From the NCBI GenBank assembly GCA_963708295.1, contig CAVPSJ010000004.1, positions 928,001 to 992,000 on the forward strand: DNA of 64,000 nucleotides, in the 5' to 3' direction. Origin of the DNA: an uncultured delta proteobacterium. GTDB lineage: Bacteria > Desulfobacterota > BSN033 > UBA1163. The stretch's first letter is position 1. The number at the start of each line of letters is the position of its first letter. This document shows positions 33,109-42,403 of the stretch, in pieces. A model generated the notes under the pieces. It searched no databases. It was not told the origin of the DNA and was given only the letters and a program-made list of their open reading frames with translations. Position numbers and translations under genes: made by a program.

Positions 33109-34737
33109 TCATTGCTCCCATTCGATAAATGGCTTCGGGAGGTCGGTCATTGCGTTGACAATGAGTTCCACGAGGCCACCGTAGCGGATCCCGTATTTTT
33201 CCTGAAGACCATACGTATTAATAAGATCTCTCATTTGTCCTTTACAGTTTGAACAAGGGGCACAGACGTATTTTTCTATTTGAGGCCCTTTAACATTCTC
33301 AAAGACCTCCAGTATCTGCTTCAGTTTCATCCTCCCGGAGATATGGATCCTCCAATCTGGAAAATTCCGCCCCCCCATGACCGCAAACCCGCTCCCGCCA
33401 CCGCAGCAATAATTCTCCACGCCGTGAGGTTCCATTTCCATGAATTGCGGGCAGATCTTGCGAAGTATCCGACGCTGCGGCTCGACGATTCCCATCAGTC
33501 TCACCACGTTGCAAGGGTCGTGTAGCGTCACAGGGAAATTGTTCCGATTGGGATCGAGGCCGATTTTCCCGCTCAGAACCAGATTCTCCAGAAGAGGGAA
33601 AGCACTTTCTCTCGGTATATTCAGATCCCCGGTAAGCACCCGGTCTGCGATGACAATGAATGCCTTATGGGCGTGTCCGCATTCTCCAACGTTAATCTTC
33701 TTCACCTGAAGTTCTTTGGCTACCTGGGCATGCTTCACTGCGACCCTTGCCATCTGAACGTCATCGTACCAAACACCATAATTGACGGCATCGTACCCGC
33801 CCAATTCACTCGAAAGGGTCCAATTGATGTTTGCAGCGTCGAAAAGGATGGCGAATGCCTCAATATTCTCCGGCCAGGAGATAAATTCTCCCGCATTGTG
33901 AAGGAGGAGAACATCAGCCCCTTTCTTGTCAAGGGGAATCTTGATCTCTTTGCCTGTTTTCTCCTTGATCTCTTCCTCTATGAAGTTTAAGAGATCTTTG
34001 AGGGCCGGCGGTGTAATCCCTGTCGTGGATCCAACTTTCAATTGTTGAACGGTCCCGAGCTCATGGATCTCGCGCGGGGCAATCCCCATTTCTTGACTGA
34101 AGAGTTTCCTGATTTCTCTGCTGATCAAAGCATTGTCAACGCCGATAGGACAAACCTGCGCACATCTCCGGCAGAGGGTGCACCGATAAGCTAATTCGGC
34201 AAGTCTTGCGATGACAGTAAAATTGAGTTCCATGTCGCTTCGCGTCAACTTTGCAACCAGTGCCCCTTGTTTTTTAATGTATTTGTTTATAATCCTCCTC
34301 AACAGTTCTGGCCGGAAGGTGGGCCGATAAATCTCCTTTTTCCCACTGGCAACGTAGACCGGACAGGAATCACTGCAAAGTTGGCACTTGACACAATATT
34401 CAAGAGAGTGGACAAGAGGTTGGAGGAAAGTCCAATTGTTTTCTTTGGAAAACAGTTTTCTGAGGCCGTTCAGGAATTTCCTGACAAGCTCCTCTTCTTC
34501 CTGTTTGTTCTTAGGGCGAGGCAATCCGATGGCGACAAAGCCGTCGAGGGAACCTTCATACTGCTGTTTTTGTTCCTCTGTCAATCTTTTGAGGGAGGGC
34601 TCCTGAATCGAGTTATCAGAAATGTTTGGAAGAGGCATCAGATCCGTGCTTTTGATCTCGACCAAGGGGTCATCCGCACGGTTGATGTCTTCTATCTTCT
34701 CACATATACTCATTTGCTCACCTGTTTTTTTCTCCAA
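33109..34737 (-). CDS. Second DsrK-like Fe-S protein (DsrK2)
   Basis: CVKCQLCSDSCP, CTLCRRCAQVCP, GECGH, HDPC, CCGGG, CSNCK. Confidence 0.85.
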   Translation of the reverse strand: MEKKTGEQMSICEKIEDINRADDPLVEIKSTDLMPLPNISDNSIQEPSLKRLTEEQKQQYEGSLDGFVAIGLPRPKNKQEEEELVRKFLNGLRKLFSKENNWTFLQPLVHSLEYCVKCQLCSDSCPVYVASGKKEIYRPTFRPELLRRIINKYIKKQGALVAKLTRSDMELNFTVIARLAELAYRCTLCRRCAQVCPIGVDNALISREIRKLFSQEMGIAPREIHELGTVQQLKVGSTTGITPPALKDLLNFIEEEIKEKTGKEIKIPLDKKGADVLLLHNAGEFISWPENIEAFAILFDAANINWTLSSELGGYDAVNYGVWYDDVQMARVAVKHAQVAKELQVKKINVGECGHAHKAFIVIADRVLTGDLNIPRESAFPLLENLVLSGKIGLDPNRNNFPVTLHDPCNVVRLMGIVEPQRRILRKICPQFMEMEPHGVENYCCGGGSGFAVMGGRNFPDWRIHISGRMKLKQILEVFENVKGPQIEKYVCAPCSNCKGQMRDLINTYGLQEKYGIRYGGLVELIVNAMTDLPKPFIEWEQ

Positions 34738-35644
34738 CGATCGCTTCTGATGCGATTTCTTTCCAGGTTAGGTCGGGCTTAATATGCGGACCCTCCCAGC
34801 CTACTTTCAGGCGAACCATCTCTTCAACTTCCTTCTCCAACTCACTTCCTCTTAGGTTTGGCTTGTCATCCCACCGTATGAGTAAGAAGCCAAAAAGTCT
34901 GGTGACATAGTGCAGGGACCTGGTAAAAGGAAGATAAATGAGAAGAAAGGCAAAAAGTAAGATATGGGAAGCCGTTGCAGGCTCGACGTCGATCGGCTTG
35001 AAGGTGATCAGACCCTTCCAAAAGTTCGTGTATTCTGAAAATGCAGGATCGAGATACCACGAATACAAACCGCTCAGGAAGACGGCCAGCAAGAGGATAT
35101 AGGTGAAATAGTTCTGCGGGGTAGCGTAATTTCTCAAGTCTTTATCGGTCAATCGTTTGATCAATATGCCGATACTTCCGAAAAGGCCCGATATGAAACT
35201 TACGACCCCGGTGGCCAAGGTCAGACCGTAGATGATATTTCCAAAGATGGAGGGTGATCCATAGGCAACAGGAATTCCGAGCAGAGAAACAAGGGCTCCG
35301 AAGAAACAAAAAATGTGGAAGGTGATGATCAATATAAAGCCGATATGCCAGGGGTAAAGGAAAAGCCAGTAACTCCTGTCTCGACGAAAGTACTCCCTTA
35401 AGAGGAAATAATCGCTGAAAAGGAACCAACCACGCTGAAGCAGATGATGCCGTCGAGGTCTCGTCCACCAGTCGAGATCTTCATAGTAGGATCTTTCCTT
35501 GGAAGTTGGGTCTCCCGGGATGACAGGGTAGACCTCTGACCGCAGGTGCATTGGGAGGTGAAGGTACTTAACCAGTTTCGCGGAATACATCGCAATGATG
35601 AAGATGTATCCGAAATATGTGGCGACGGCCAATAGAAATCTCAC
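34718..35644 (-). CDS. Second DsrM-like NarI-family cytochrome b (DsrM2)
   Basis: PMHLRSEVYP, YYEDLDWW, PWHIG, HILL, PFTRSLH; overlaps the dsrK2 start. Confidence 0.85.
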   Translation of the reverse strand: MRFLLAVATYFGYIFIIAMYSAKLVKYLHLPMHLRSEVYPVIPGDPTSKERSYYEDLDWWTRPRRHHLLQRGWFLFSDYFLLREYFRRDRSYWLFLYPWHIGFILIITFHIFCFFGALVSLLGIPVAYGSPSIFGNIIYGLTLATGVVSFISGLFGSIGILIKRLTDKDLRNYATPQNYFTYILLLAVFLSGLYSWYLDPAFSEYTNFWKGLITFKPIDVEPATASHILLFAFLLIYLPFTRSLHYVTRLFGFLLIRWDDKPNLRGSELEKEVEEMVRLKVGWEGPHIKPDLTWKEIASEAIVGEKNR

Positions 35645-35680
35645 TCTTGCTACCTCTCGGCGGGAGAATCAAAAACCACT

Positions 35681-35737
35681 CTCAACAAACAGACCCGCCT
35701 TCCCAGCCCCGCTAATAAATGGGCGGGTTTGTTGAGC
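35681..35737 (-). terminator. Stem-loop downstream of dsrC
   Basis: ctcaacaaac..acccgcc ... gggcgggtttgttgag inverted repeat. Confidence 0.5.
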
Positions 35738-35755
35738 AGTTGCAAAATATGCCTT

Positions 35756-36073
35756 TCAGACGCAACCCGTTGGTTTCGGCAACCCTGCCACCTTACAGGC
35801 GCCCTTCGCAGGACCGCCGGGGAACAGCTGGTAAATCTTCTTTAGGTCGAATCCCGTCTGTTTCACGACCATCCGGACCGGGGGAGCAATTCCAAACTTT
35901 AGATAATAGTCTCGGAGATAATGGACCAGTTTCCAGTGTTCTTCGCTCATGGGGAAAGCATTTTCGCCCTTGGCCAGGTCCTCAGCAACTCCATGACTCC
36001 ATTTCTCCGGTTCTTGAATAAACCCGTCCTCATCCACTTCAACTTCCACTCCACCCAATGCTGCCTTGGCCAT
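35756..36073 (-). CDS. dsrC: DsrC sulfur carrier
   Basis: C-terminal GPAKGACKVAGLPKPTGCV with both conserved Cys. Confidence 0.97.
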   Translation of the reverse strand: MAKAALGGVEVEVDEDGFIQEPEKWSHGVAEDLAKGENAFPMSEEHWKLVHYLRDYYLKFGIAPPVRMVVKQTGFDLKKIYQLFPGGPAKGACKVAGLPKPTGCV

Positions 36074-36152
36074 GTTCTTACCTCCCGCTTAAAATAAATT
36101 GAAAAAGATGACTTCTTTAATTCTAATATCTCGAAACCTAATCCGCCATGCG

Positions 36153-37616
36153 CTAATGATAAACCTCCCCTTTCAAAGAGCTACCCCAGGGATTGGATCG
36201 CTTCTCCTTAGAAACTAAGGACACAAACCCGCTCGCCCATTCGGGCGTTCCCAGGGCATGCAAATGAATATAGGAAGCGAAAAGGTTTTTATAAACAATC
36301 CCGTCGCGTTGGTTCCGGACGCCTTGCCCTCTTTTGACCTGATAGGCAAATCGAAAATCTCCCGGACGCGAAAGGCTGGAATGGTGAAATTCATGACCGC
36401 GAAGGGTTAACCCAACCGGGAAAAATGGATTTTCATCAATGACTTCGACAACGGCGTAGCCATGCCCTTCAGGTTTCTTTGAGAGTTGAACCTCAGCGGG
36501 AATGATTCCGACCATTTCATACGATCTCCCCTGCCAGTGAATACTCCGGCAGAGATACATGAGACCTGCACACTCTGCATAGACTGGAAGACCCGCTTCA
36601 ATCTCCCGGGCGATATCCTCTCGTAACTCACGGTTTTTTTCCAAATCCTCAAGGAAGAACTCAGGAAACCCCCCTCCGAAATAAAGCCCGTCAACCTCGG
36701 GTAACCGATCCACAAAAGAATTGATGAAGATCAGTTGGGCGCCCTCTTTTCTCAGCGCCTCAAGGTTTTCCGGGTAATAGAAATTAAAGGCGCGGTCACG
36801 CATGACACCGATCCTGGCTTTGACGAGTTGGGCCTCCCTCTCTTCGTTTCTGTCATCGGATGGTCTCTCCCCGGGAGGGAGAGAGACAGACCGAGCGGGG
36901 CGAGACCCCTTGGCGATCGCCAAAATCCTCTCCAGATCGAGGTAGGGCTCAAGCTTCTTTCCGACTCGTTCGACGAGCGACATCGCTCCGTTGGATTCAA
37001 GAGAAGGAATGAGGCCCAGGTGCCTTTCAGCGATCTGAAGATCGGGGTCACGAGGGATGCTTCCGACGACAGGAATCCCGCAGTGTTGCTCGACAGCTCC
37101 TCTCAGCTTTTCCTCATGCCGGCGGCCGGAGACATAATTGAGGATCACCCCTGCGATCTTGATATCCGTCTGAAAAAGCTGATATCCCTTTACCATAGCT
37201 GCAATGCTGGTTGTCATTCTGGTCGTATTGACCACCAGAAGGATTGGCAGATTCAAGAGAAAGGCGATCTCCGCCGTCGTCCCATACGAATCCAAGCCGT
37301 CATAGAGTCCCATCGCCCCTTCGACAACTGCTAAATCCACTCCTTCGCAACTCCGGTGGAAAGATTGGAGCAATCTGTCTTCGGGTATTAAAAAGAGGTC
37401 GAGATTACGGCAGCTTCGACCCGCAGCCACGGTAAGCCAAGACGGATCGATGTAATCGGGACCTTTTTTAAAGGGCTGAATCGAAAGACCCCGTTGCCTA
37501 AGCAATTTGCACAGGCCGACCGTGACAATGGTTTTGCCCGAATGACCCTGAGGCGAGGAAATCAGTAACGAATGGAAATGACGATCATTCTGAAGAAAGC
37601 GATCACGAGAGACCAT
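36153..37616 (-). CDS. dsrN: DsrN sirohaem amidase (cobyrinate a,c-diamide synthase family)
   Basis: SGKT, FKKGPDYID, EGAMGLYDG, ERHLGL, AECAGLMYL; position in the dsr cluster. Confidence 0.92.
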   Translation of the reverse strand: MVSRDRFLQNDRHFHSLLISSPQGHSGKTIVTVGLCKLLRQRGLSIQPFKKGPDYIDPSWLTVAAGRSCRNLDLFLIPEDRLLQSFHRSCEGVDLAVVEGAMGLYDGLDSYGTTAEIAFLLNLPILLVVNTTRMTTSIAAMVKGYQLFQTDIKIAGVILNYVSGRRHEEKLRGAVEQHCGIPVVGSIPRDPDLQIAERHLGLIPSLESNGAMSLVERVGKKLEPYLDLERILAIAKGSRPARSVSLPPGERPSDDRNEEREAQLVKARIGVMRDRAFNFYYPENLEALRKEGAQLIFINSFVDRLPEVDGLYFGGGFPEFFLEDLEKNRELREDIAREIEAGLPVYAECAGLMYLCRSIHWQGRSYEMVGIIPAEVQLSKKPEGHGYAVVEVIDENPFFPVGLTLRGHEFHHSSLSRPGDFRFAYQVKRGQGVRNQRDGIVYKNLFASYIHLHALGTPEWASGFVSLVSKEKRSNPWGSSLKGEVYH

Positions 37617-37622
37617 GGTCCA

Positions 37623-37826
37623 TCAGGTCTGGTGTTTCCCGGGAAGGGCGATAAAGGTGATTCCCCCAAAACTCCGATACTCAATCTTCCCTTCTTTTGC
37701 CAGATCTCCAATAGCCTTGTCCACCAGCCCTTTCTCCATCCCGATGGCCCTCGCCACTTCTTTATTTCTTGCCTGGCTCACCGTATCCAGGTATTTGAGT
37801 ATCTTCTCCCTTATCTCCTCGCTCAT
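37623..37826 (-). CDS. dsrD: DsrD-like winged-helix protein (atypical)
   Basis: 67 aa between dsrB and dsrN; LAKEGKIEYRSFGGITF aligns loosely with the DsrD C-terminal wing. Confidence 0.7.
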   Translation of the reverse strand: MSEEIREKILKYLDTVSQARNKEVARAIGMEKGLVDKAIGDLAKEGKIEYRSFGGITFIALPGKHQT

Positions 37827-37853
37827 TTACCGCCTTCCCTTCTCACCTTCTCA

Positions 37854-37892
37854 TTCCCCCTACCCCTCGTTACGCAACGAAGGGTAGGGGAA
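37854..37892. terminator. Strong stem-loop between dsrB and dsrD
   Basis: cccctacccctcgtt-acgc-aacgaagggtagggg. Confidence 0.55.
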
Positions 37893-37897
37893 GATTA

Positions 37898-38962
37898 TTA
37901 CCATTTGAACTGGGTGGTGGTTCTGAAGGTCTCCCGTGCATAAGTAAAATCGTCAATATGTTGCTCGGTGAAAGGAATCGCCGTTAAACGGAAGAATGTC
38001 TCCCAGCCGACCCTTTCGATCCATTCGCCCATTCTCTCATATTTCTTTGCATTGGAGGCATAGACCTTCACGACCTTTTTGATCACATCAACGACTTCGG
38101 GCCATCGAGGGGGATTATTCGGAAGATAGGGAACGATCAACCGCGAAAACATGGGGGGCTTTCTGGCGTTGGACACTTTTCCCCCGGCATAGATAGCAAT
38201 CCCATCTCCCTGGGCATCTGCCAAAGGCATGGCCGGGCAGACGGTAAAACAGTTCCCGCAATACATGCAGAGATCTTCCTTGACGATCACGGCTTTGATG
38301 TCTTTGTCGGGGTGCCGCCGGATCGCCCCTGTCGGGCAGGACGCCATGACCGTCGGAATCTCGCAGACAGCCGCTAATTTTTCATTATTCACTTTTGGGA
38401 TCTTTGTATGCACTCCGACGATCGCTAAATCGGAGCAGTGAACGGCCCCGCACATGTTGATACAGCAGGCGAGGGAAACCCTCAATTTAGCCGGGAGTTT
38501 CATGCTGGTGAAGTACTTATAAAGCTCGTCCATGAGGGCCTTCACGATGGGGGAACTGTCCGTCGCTGCACTGTGACAGTGGACCCATCCCTGGGTGTGA
38601 ACAATGTTTGAAATCGCATCTCCTGTCCCGCCCGCCGGGAGGCCGATCTTTTTGGCGGCCTTGATGATCGGTTCCACATTCGTTTTCTTCGGCGTCAAAA
38701 ATTCGACGTTGTACCGGCTTGTAAACCGCAGATGGCCGTCACAATATTGATCCGCAATATCACAGAGGTCCCGAATGAAATCGACGCTGACGAGTCTGGG
38801 GGAGCCGACCCTGACGGTATAAAGCTCATCTCCGCCTTCAGCGACATGCCGGAGAACCCCTGGCTTTAAGATCTCATGATATTTCCACCGGCCGTAATTC
38901 TTGTTGATGACCTCAGGAATCATTTCTCTAAAATTGGGGGGACCGATATCTGTCTTTGACAT
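37898..38962 (-). CDS. dsrB: Dissimilatory sulfite reductase beta subunit
   Basis: [41 protein letters not shown]. Confidence 0.98.
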   Translation of the reverse strand: MSKTDIGPPNFREMIPEVINKNYGRWKYHEILKPGVLRHVAEGGDELYTVRVGSPRLVSVDFIRDLCDIADQYCDGHLRFTSRYNVEFLTPKKTNVEPIIKAAKKIGLPAGGTGDAISNIVHTQGWVHCHSAATDSSPIVKALMDELYKYFTSMKLPAKLRVSLACCINMCGAVHCSDLAIVGVHTKIPKVNNEKLAAVCEIPTVMASCPTGAIRRHPDKDIKAVIVKEDLCMYCGNCFTVCPAMPLADAQGDGIAIYAGGKVSNARKPPMFSRLIVPYLPNNPPRWPEVVDVIKKVVKVYASNAKKYERMGEWIERVGWETFFRLTAIPFTEQHIDDFTYARETFRTTTQFKW

Positions 38963-38992
38963 GACTACCTCCTATATCAAATCTATGATCTA

Positions 38993-39070
38993 GAGGTTTC
39001 GAGGTATGAGGACCTGAAGGGTCAAGAAAACGCTTCGCTCACCCAGACCTCTTGGCTCCTTGAATCCCTC
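38993..39070. repeat. Degenerate inverted short-repeat element between dsrA and dsrB
   Basis: gaggtttcgaggtatgagg..gggtcaag ... ctcttggctccttgaatccctc. Confidence 0.45.
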
Positions 39071-39075
39071 CAATT

Positions 39076-40243
39076 TCAGTCAAAAAACACGTAAGGGTTT
39101 GTCCTGGGTGCCTTGATCATCTGGGGCACGGGCTTCAGTCCCACTGCCTTTAAGAAATTTCTCATTCCCGCCTTCTCGATCAACTCTCCTACCCTCTCTC
39201 TGGGTCTTCCGTTTTCATCCCACCAGTCCCATATCTTACGAAGAAGATCTTTGATCTCCGTGTAAGGGGGTTCCACCTTCATGAAGGGGACGATGACCGA
39301 GGAGAGCATCGCACCTTTGACAATCGGCGCTTTGCTGCCGATCAGGATGGTGGCCCCTTTATCCTTTCCGGGCCGGAGGGCTTTCGGCATTTTATTGATA
39401 CAATGCATGCATCGGACGCAATCCTTGGGAATGAGTTTGAGCTTCTTCGCCTTTTCGTCCCATTCCAGAGCATTCGTCGGGCAACGACCGACAATGTCAT
39501 TCTTGATATCCATTCCCCCCTTGGCGTATTCCCGGACCCCTTTCTGATCGATTTTCAGACTGTCCTTCCAGGTCCCGATGATTGTGAAATCCGCTCTTGC
39601 GATGGCAGCGACACAGTCGTTCGGGCATCCGGAAATCTTGATCTTGAATTTGTAAGGCCAGCGGGGCCGATGGATTTCATCCTGAAATTCCATCGTCAGA
39701 TCATGAACCATATCCAGGGTATTGATGTTTGTCCATTCACATCGAGCGGGTCCCACGCAGGCGGTGGGGGTTCTCAGGGCTGATCCCGACCCTCCGAGAT
39801 CGAACCCCGCCTCTGTCAGCGCGTCAAAGCAGGGCTGGAGGTTCGCCGTGTTGGTCCCGAGGAGGATGATATCCCCTGTGGACCCATGCATATTGGTCAG
39901 ACCGCTTCCGTGTTTCTCCCAGAGATCGCAAAGCTCCCTCAGCTTCGTCGTCGTGTAAAACCAGCCGGCAGGGTGATTGACACGCATCGTATGAAACGAT
40001 TCGACATTGGGGAAAAGCTCGGGCACATCGCTGTATCGGCCGATGACGCCTCCCCCATATCCGGTGACCCCCACAATTCCTCCGTGTTTCCAGTGGGTCA
40101 CTTTGTCATTAAAAGAAAGCTCCTGAACCCCAATCAAATCCTCGGCGGCCTTACTCTTCTTTGCCGCTCTCTTTAACTCCTTGACATAGCTGGGCCACGG
40201 GACCCTTCTCCAATTCATCTACTTTTGGAGTCTTATCTGACAT
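39076..40243 (-). CDS. dsrA: Dissimilatory sulfite reductase alpha subunit (one extra base near 40199-40201, probable sequencing error)
   Basis: [15 protein letters not shown] joins WPSYVKE after removing one base; [31 protein letters not shown]. Confidence 0.96.
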
Positions 40244-40375
40244 CGATTTACCTCCTCTCGGTTTTGCATTCTCTTTCCGTCGGGTATAGATAATAGATCT
40301 AAAGAAAGCTTCTACTTGTGCGAGACAGGAATACAACCATTCTTAACATCCCGTCGAATAGTGTGTCAACCTCAA

Positions 40376-40391
40376 AGCAATAACTGTGCCA
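40376..40391 (-). promoter_or_regulatory. Sigma-54 promoter upstream of dsrA
   Basis: TGGCACAGTTATTGCT matches TGGCAC-N5-TTGC(A/T). Confidence 0.8.
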
Positions 40392-40469
40392 CGCGAAGAT
40401 AATCTAACAATAGTCGTTGAAAAATATGATAAATTTGATGTAACGTATGGAGGACCGTCTAATTTTAGA

Positions 40470-40506
40470 TGCAAAAATTATCTGGCAGTGCTATATTTTG
40501 TTTGCA
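40470..40506. promoter_or_regulatory. Tandem TGC-N12-GCA sites, candidate enhancer for the dsrA promoter
   Basis: TGCAAAAATTATCTGGCA and TGCTATATTTTGTTTGCA, about 80-115 bp upstream of the -24 element. Confidence 0.5.
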
Positions 40507-40566
40507 CCGTCCACAAAAGATCTGTCTCCAAGCACTGCTACAGGCAGATCAAGGTCTCTCCTCCCT

Positions 40567-41012
40567 TCAACATGCGATGATCTTACTCGTTGTCTTGTTC
40601 TGAAGATGCTGAGCAAGAGTCTTTTTCGAATAACGGAAAAAGAGAGCGTTTCTTCTCGGAGACGAATATGGCCTCGTAGCCCTTTCTTGCCTCATTCACA
40701 GCAGCAGAAGAGGCGTCTTCGGATTCTACGGAAAGGATCTCCAGGCCGATTCCTTGCTGCCGGGCTCTGTCCATCAACATCGTTGCTTTCACCTGCGCGC
40801 GCTCTAAGACTTCATCCCGGATATGGAGCAGAAATTGCCGCTTCGAAGGCCGCGTTGCGATAACATCGTGATGACCGTAATGATACAGATTGGAAGTCAG
40901 GATCTGCAGGACAGTCAATGCTCTTCGATGTTGATTTGGCGTAGCTGAATGCAGACTCTTCTGCCCTGCCGTTGTCGTCACCCGTTAAAATGAGGAGGAC
41001 TTTGTTTTCCAT
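40567..41012 (-). CDS. Universal-stress-protein-like protein (two apparent frameshifts)
   Basis: MENKVLLIL..AEESAFSYAK joins ALTVLQIL...AAVNEARKGYEAIFV and a KTLAQHLQNKTTSKIIAC tail in a different frame. Confidence 0.65.
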
Positions 41013-41026
41013 CTGAACCCATGATC

Positions 41027-41197
41027 TTAATACAGGCCCATGGCCTGCAGAAACCAGAGAAATAAGACAGACCCTACGCCCAGGATAATGGCAATGTACT
41101 CGTCAAGCCGATGGCGCAACTGCTTTGCCGCTGATTCTCTTTCCACTTTCTGGAGATCGGCATCCACCGTCTTTTCCTGACTCAATATTTCCGCCAT
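41027..41197 (-). CDS. Small single-TM membrane protein (56 aa)
   Basis: Manual translation MAEILSQEK...DEYIAIILGVGSVLFLWFLQAMGLY; RBS aaggaga. Confidence 0.65.
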   Translation of the reverse strand: MAEILSQEKTVDADLQKVERESAAKQLRHRLDEYIAIILGVGSVLFLWFLQAMGLY

Positions 41198-41215
41198 AAA
41201 GATTCTCCTTCCCGC

Positions 41216-42376
41216 CTACTTAAAGATTCCCATCTTTGTCAGGATCAGGATGAACGCCAGACAGACGCCCACCCTCATGACACCCGGCAACGTATCCAAT
41301 CAGGATGCCCTTTGCCCCTGCCTTCTTCATATCCCCCAACCTCGTCTGCAGTCCGAGGCCGACAAAGCAGAGGGTGAAAAACCAGTTCATCACCTTCTCC
41401 ATGGCCTCACTGGCGGGCACCGGCCACAGGTGAAGGCAGTTGCCGATCCAGACGATCATGAAACCGAAGACAAAGATGGGAAACTTGTCTTTGAGAACCT
41501 GCCACACGTTGATCTTCGGTTGAGCGAAATTCCTGGGTCAGCGTCATGAAATAGACAAAGAGGACCCCGGCGGGAATCAATACCACCCTCCCGATATTCG
41601 CAAAGCCGGCCACCTTCCCCGCTGCAAAACTGAAGTTAAACCCGGTTGCAATCACCTGATTGGAATTCGGAACGCCCGCAGCGCACAGAATACCGAAGGC
41701 GTAATTCGAAAGGTCAAGAAGTCGTCGCAAAAAAAGGGAGCCCGAAGAGACAGAGAAAACCAAAGGTGACCGACACGGCGATGGCATAGGCCACCTCTTC
41801 GCTCTTGGCTCTCACCATCGGGGCGATGGCGACACAGGCTGACACGCCGCACATGGAAAAGGCGGCCGACAGGAGGGCGGTCAAGCTGGTCCCCAGCTTG
41901 AAGTAGCGGCCCAGGAAGATGAAGATGAGCGCTCCCCCGAAGACCATCACCACCATGAGCAGGATACTGACGAGCCCCAGCTTCACCAGATCACTCAGCA
42001 TGTACTGAGATCCCAGCATGATGATTCCGACATTCATGAAGACGCCCGTGTAGCTCAAACCGGGCTCCCAGCTCCTGGGAACCCCGAACACGTTCCGGAT
42101 CAAGATCCCAACGGTTAATCCGATAACCACATAGTTGAAATGAAGAAGATCGACAAAGAGACCCTTTGTGTAGATGGGCGGCAGAACGGCGTCGATGTAT
42201 TTCAAGAGGGCCTCGACGGTAAAGGGCCATGGAATTCCCGGAACGCCGCAGAAGATAGCTATGACAATAAGGGCAATCAACCCGGGCAGACTCTGCCGGA
42301 AAGTCGGCAAGGCGCTCCACATACTGATCTTGCGCGTAAGCGCTGAATCACTGGTTGTCACCGTTCCGTTCGTCAT
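41216..42376 (-). CDS. YeiH / putative sulfate exporter family transporter (three apparent frameshifts)
   Basis: GILIRN, GIIMLG, SMCGVSACVA, ANIGRV, KFPIFVFGF, VGLGLQT spread over three ORFs; frame breaks near 41730, 41515 and 41285. Confidence 0.85.
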
Positions 42377-42403
42377 GGATGAATTCTCCTCTTAAAGGCA
42401 TTC

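Noticed and set aside
39076-40243. dsrA as a pseudogene or programmed frameshift
   Set aside because: A single extra base with no slippery site, all catalytic motifs intact, the rest of the dsr cluster intact, and neighbouring genes with similar indels.
27075-40243. Oxidative (reverse) Dsr pathway
   Set aside because: No dsrEFH or dsrL; dsrD-like and dsrT genes are present and the sequences look reductive-type.
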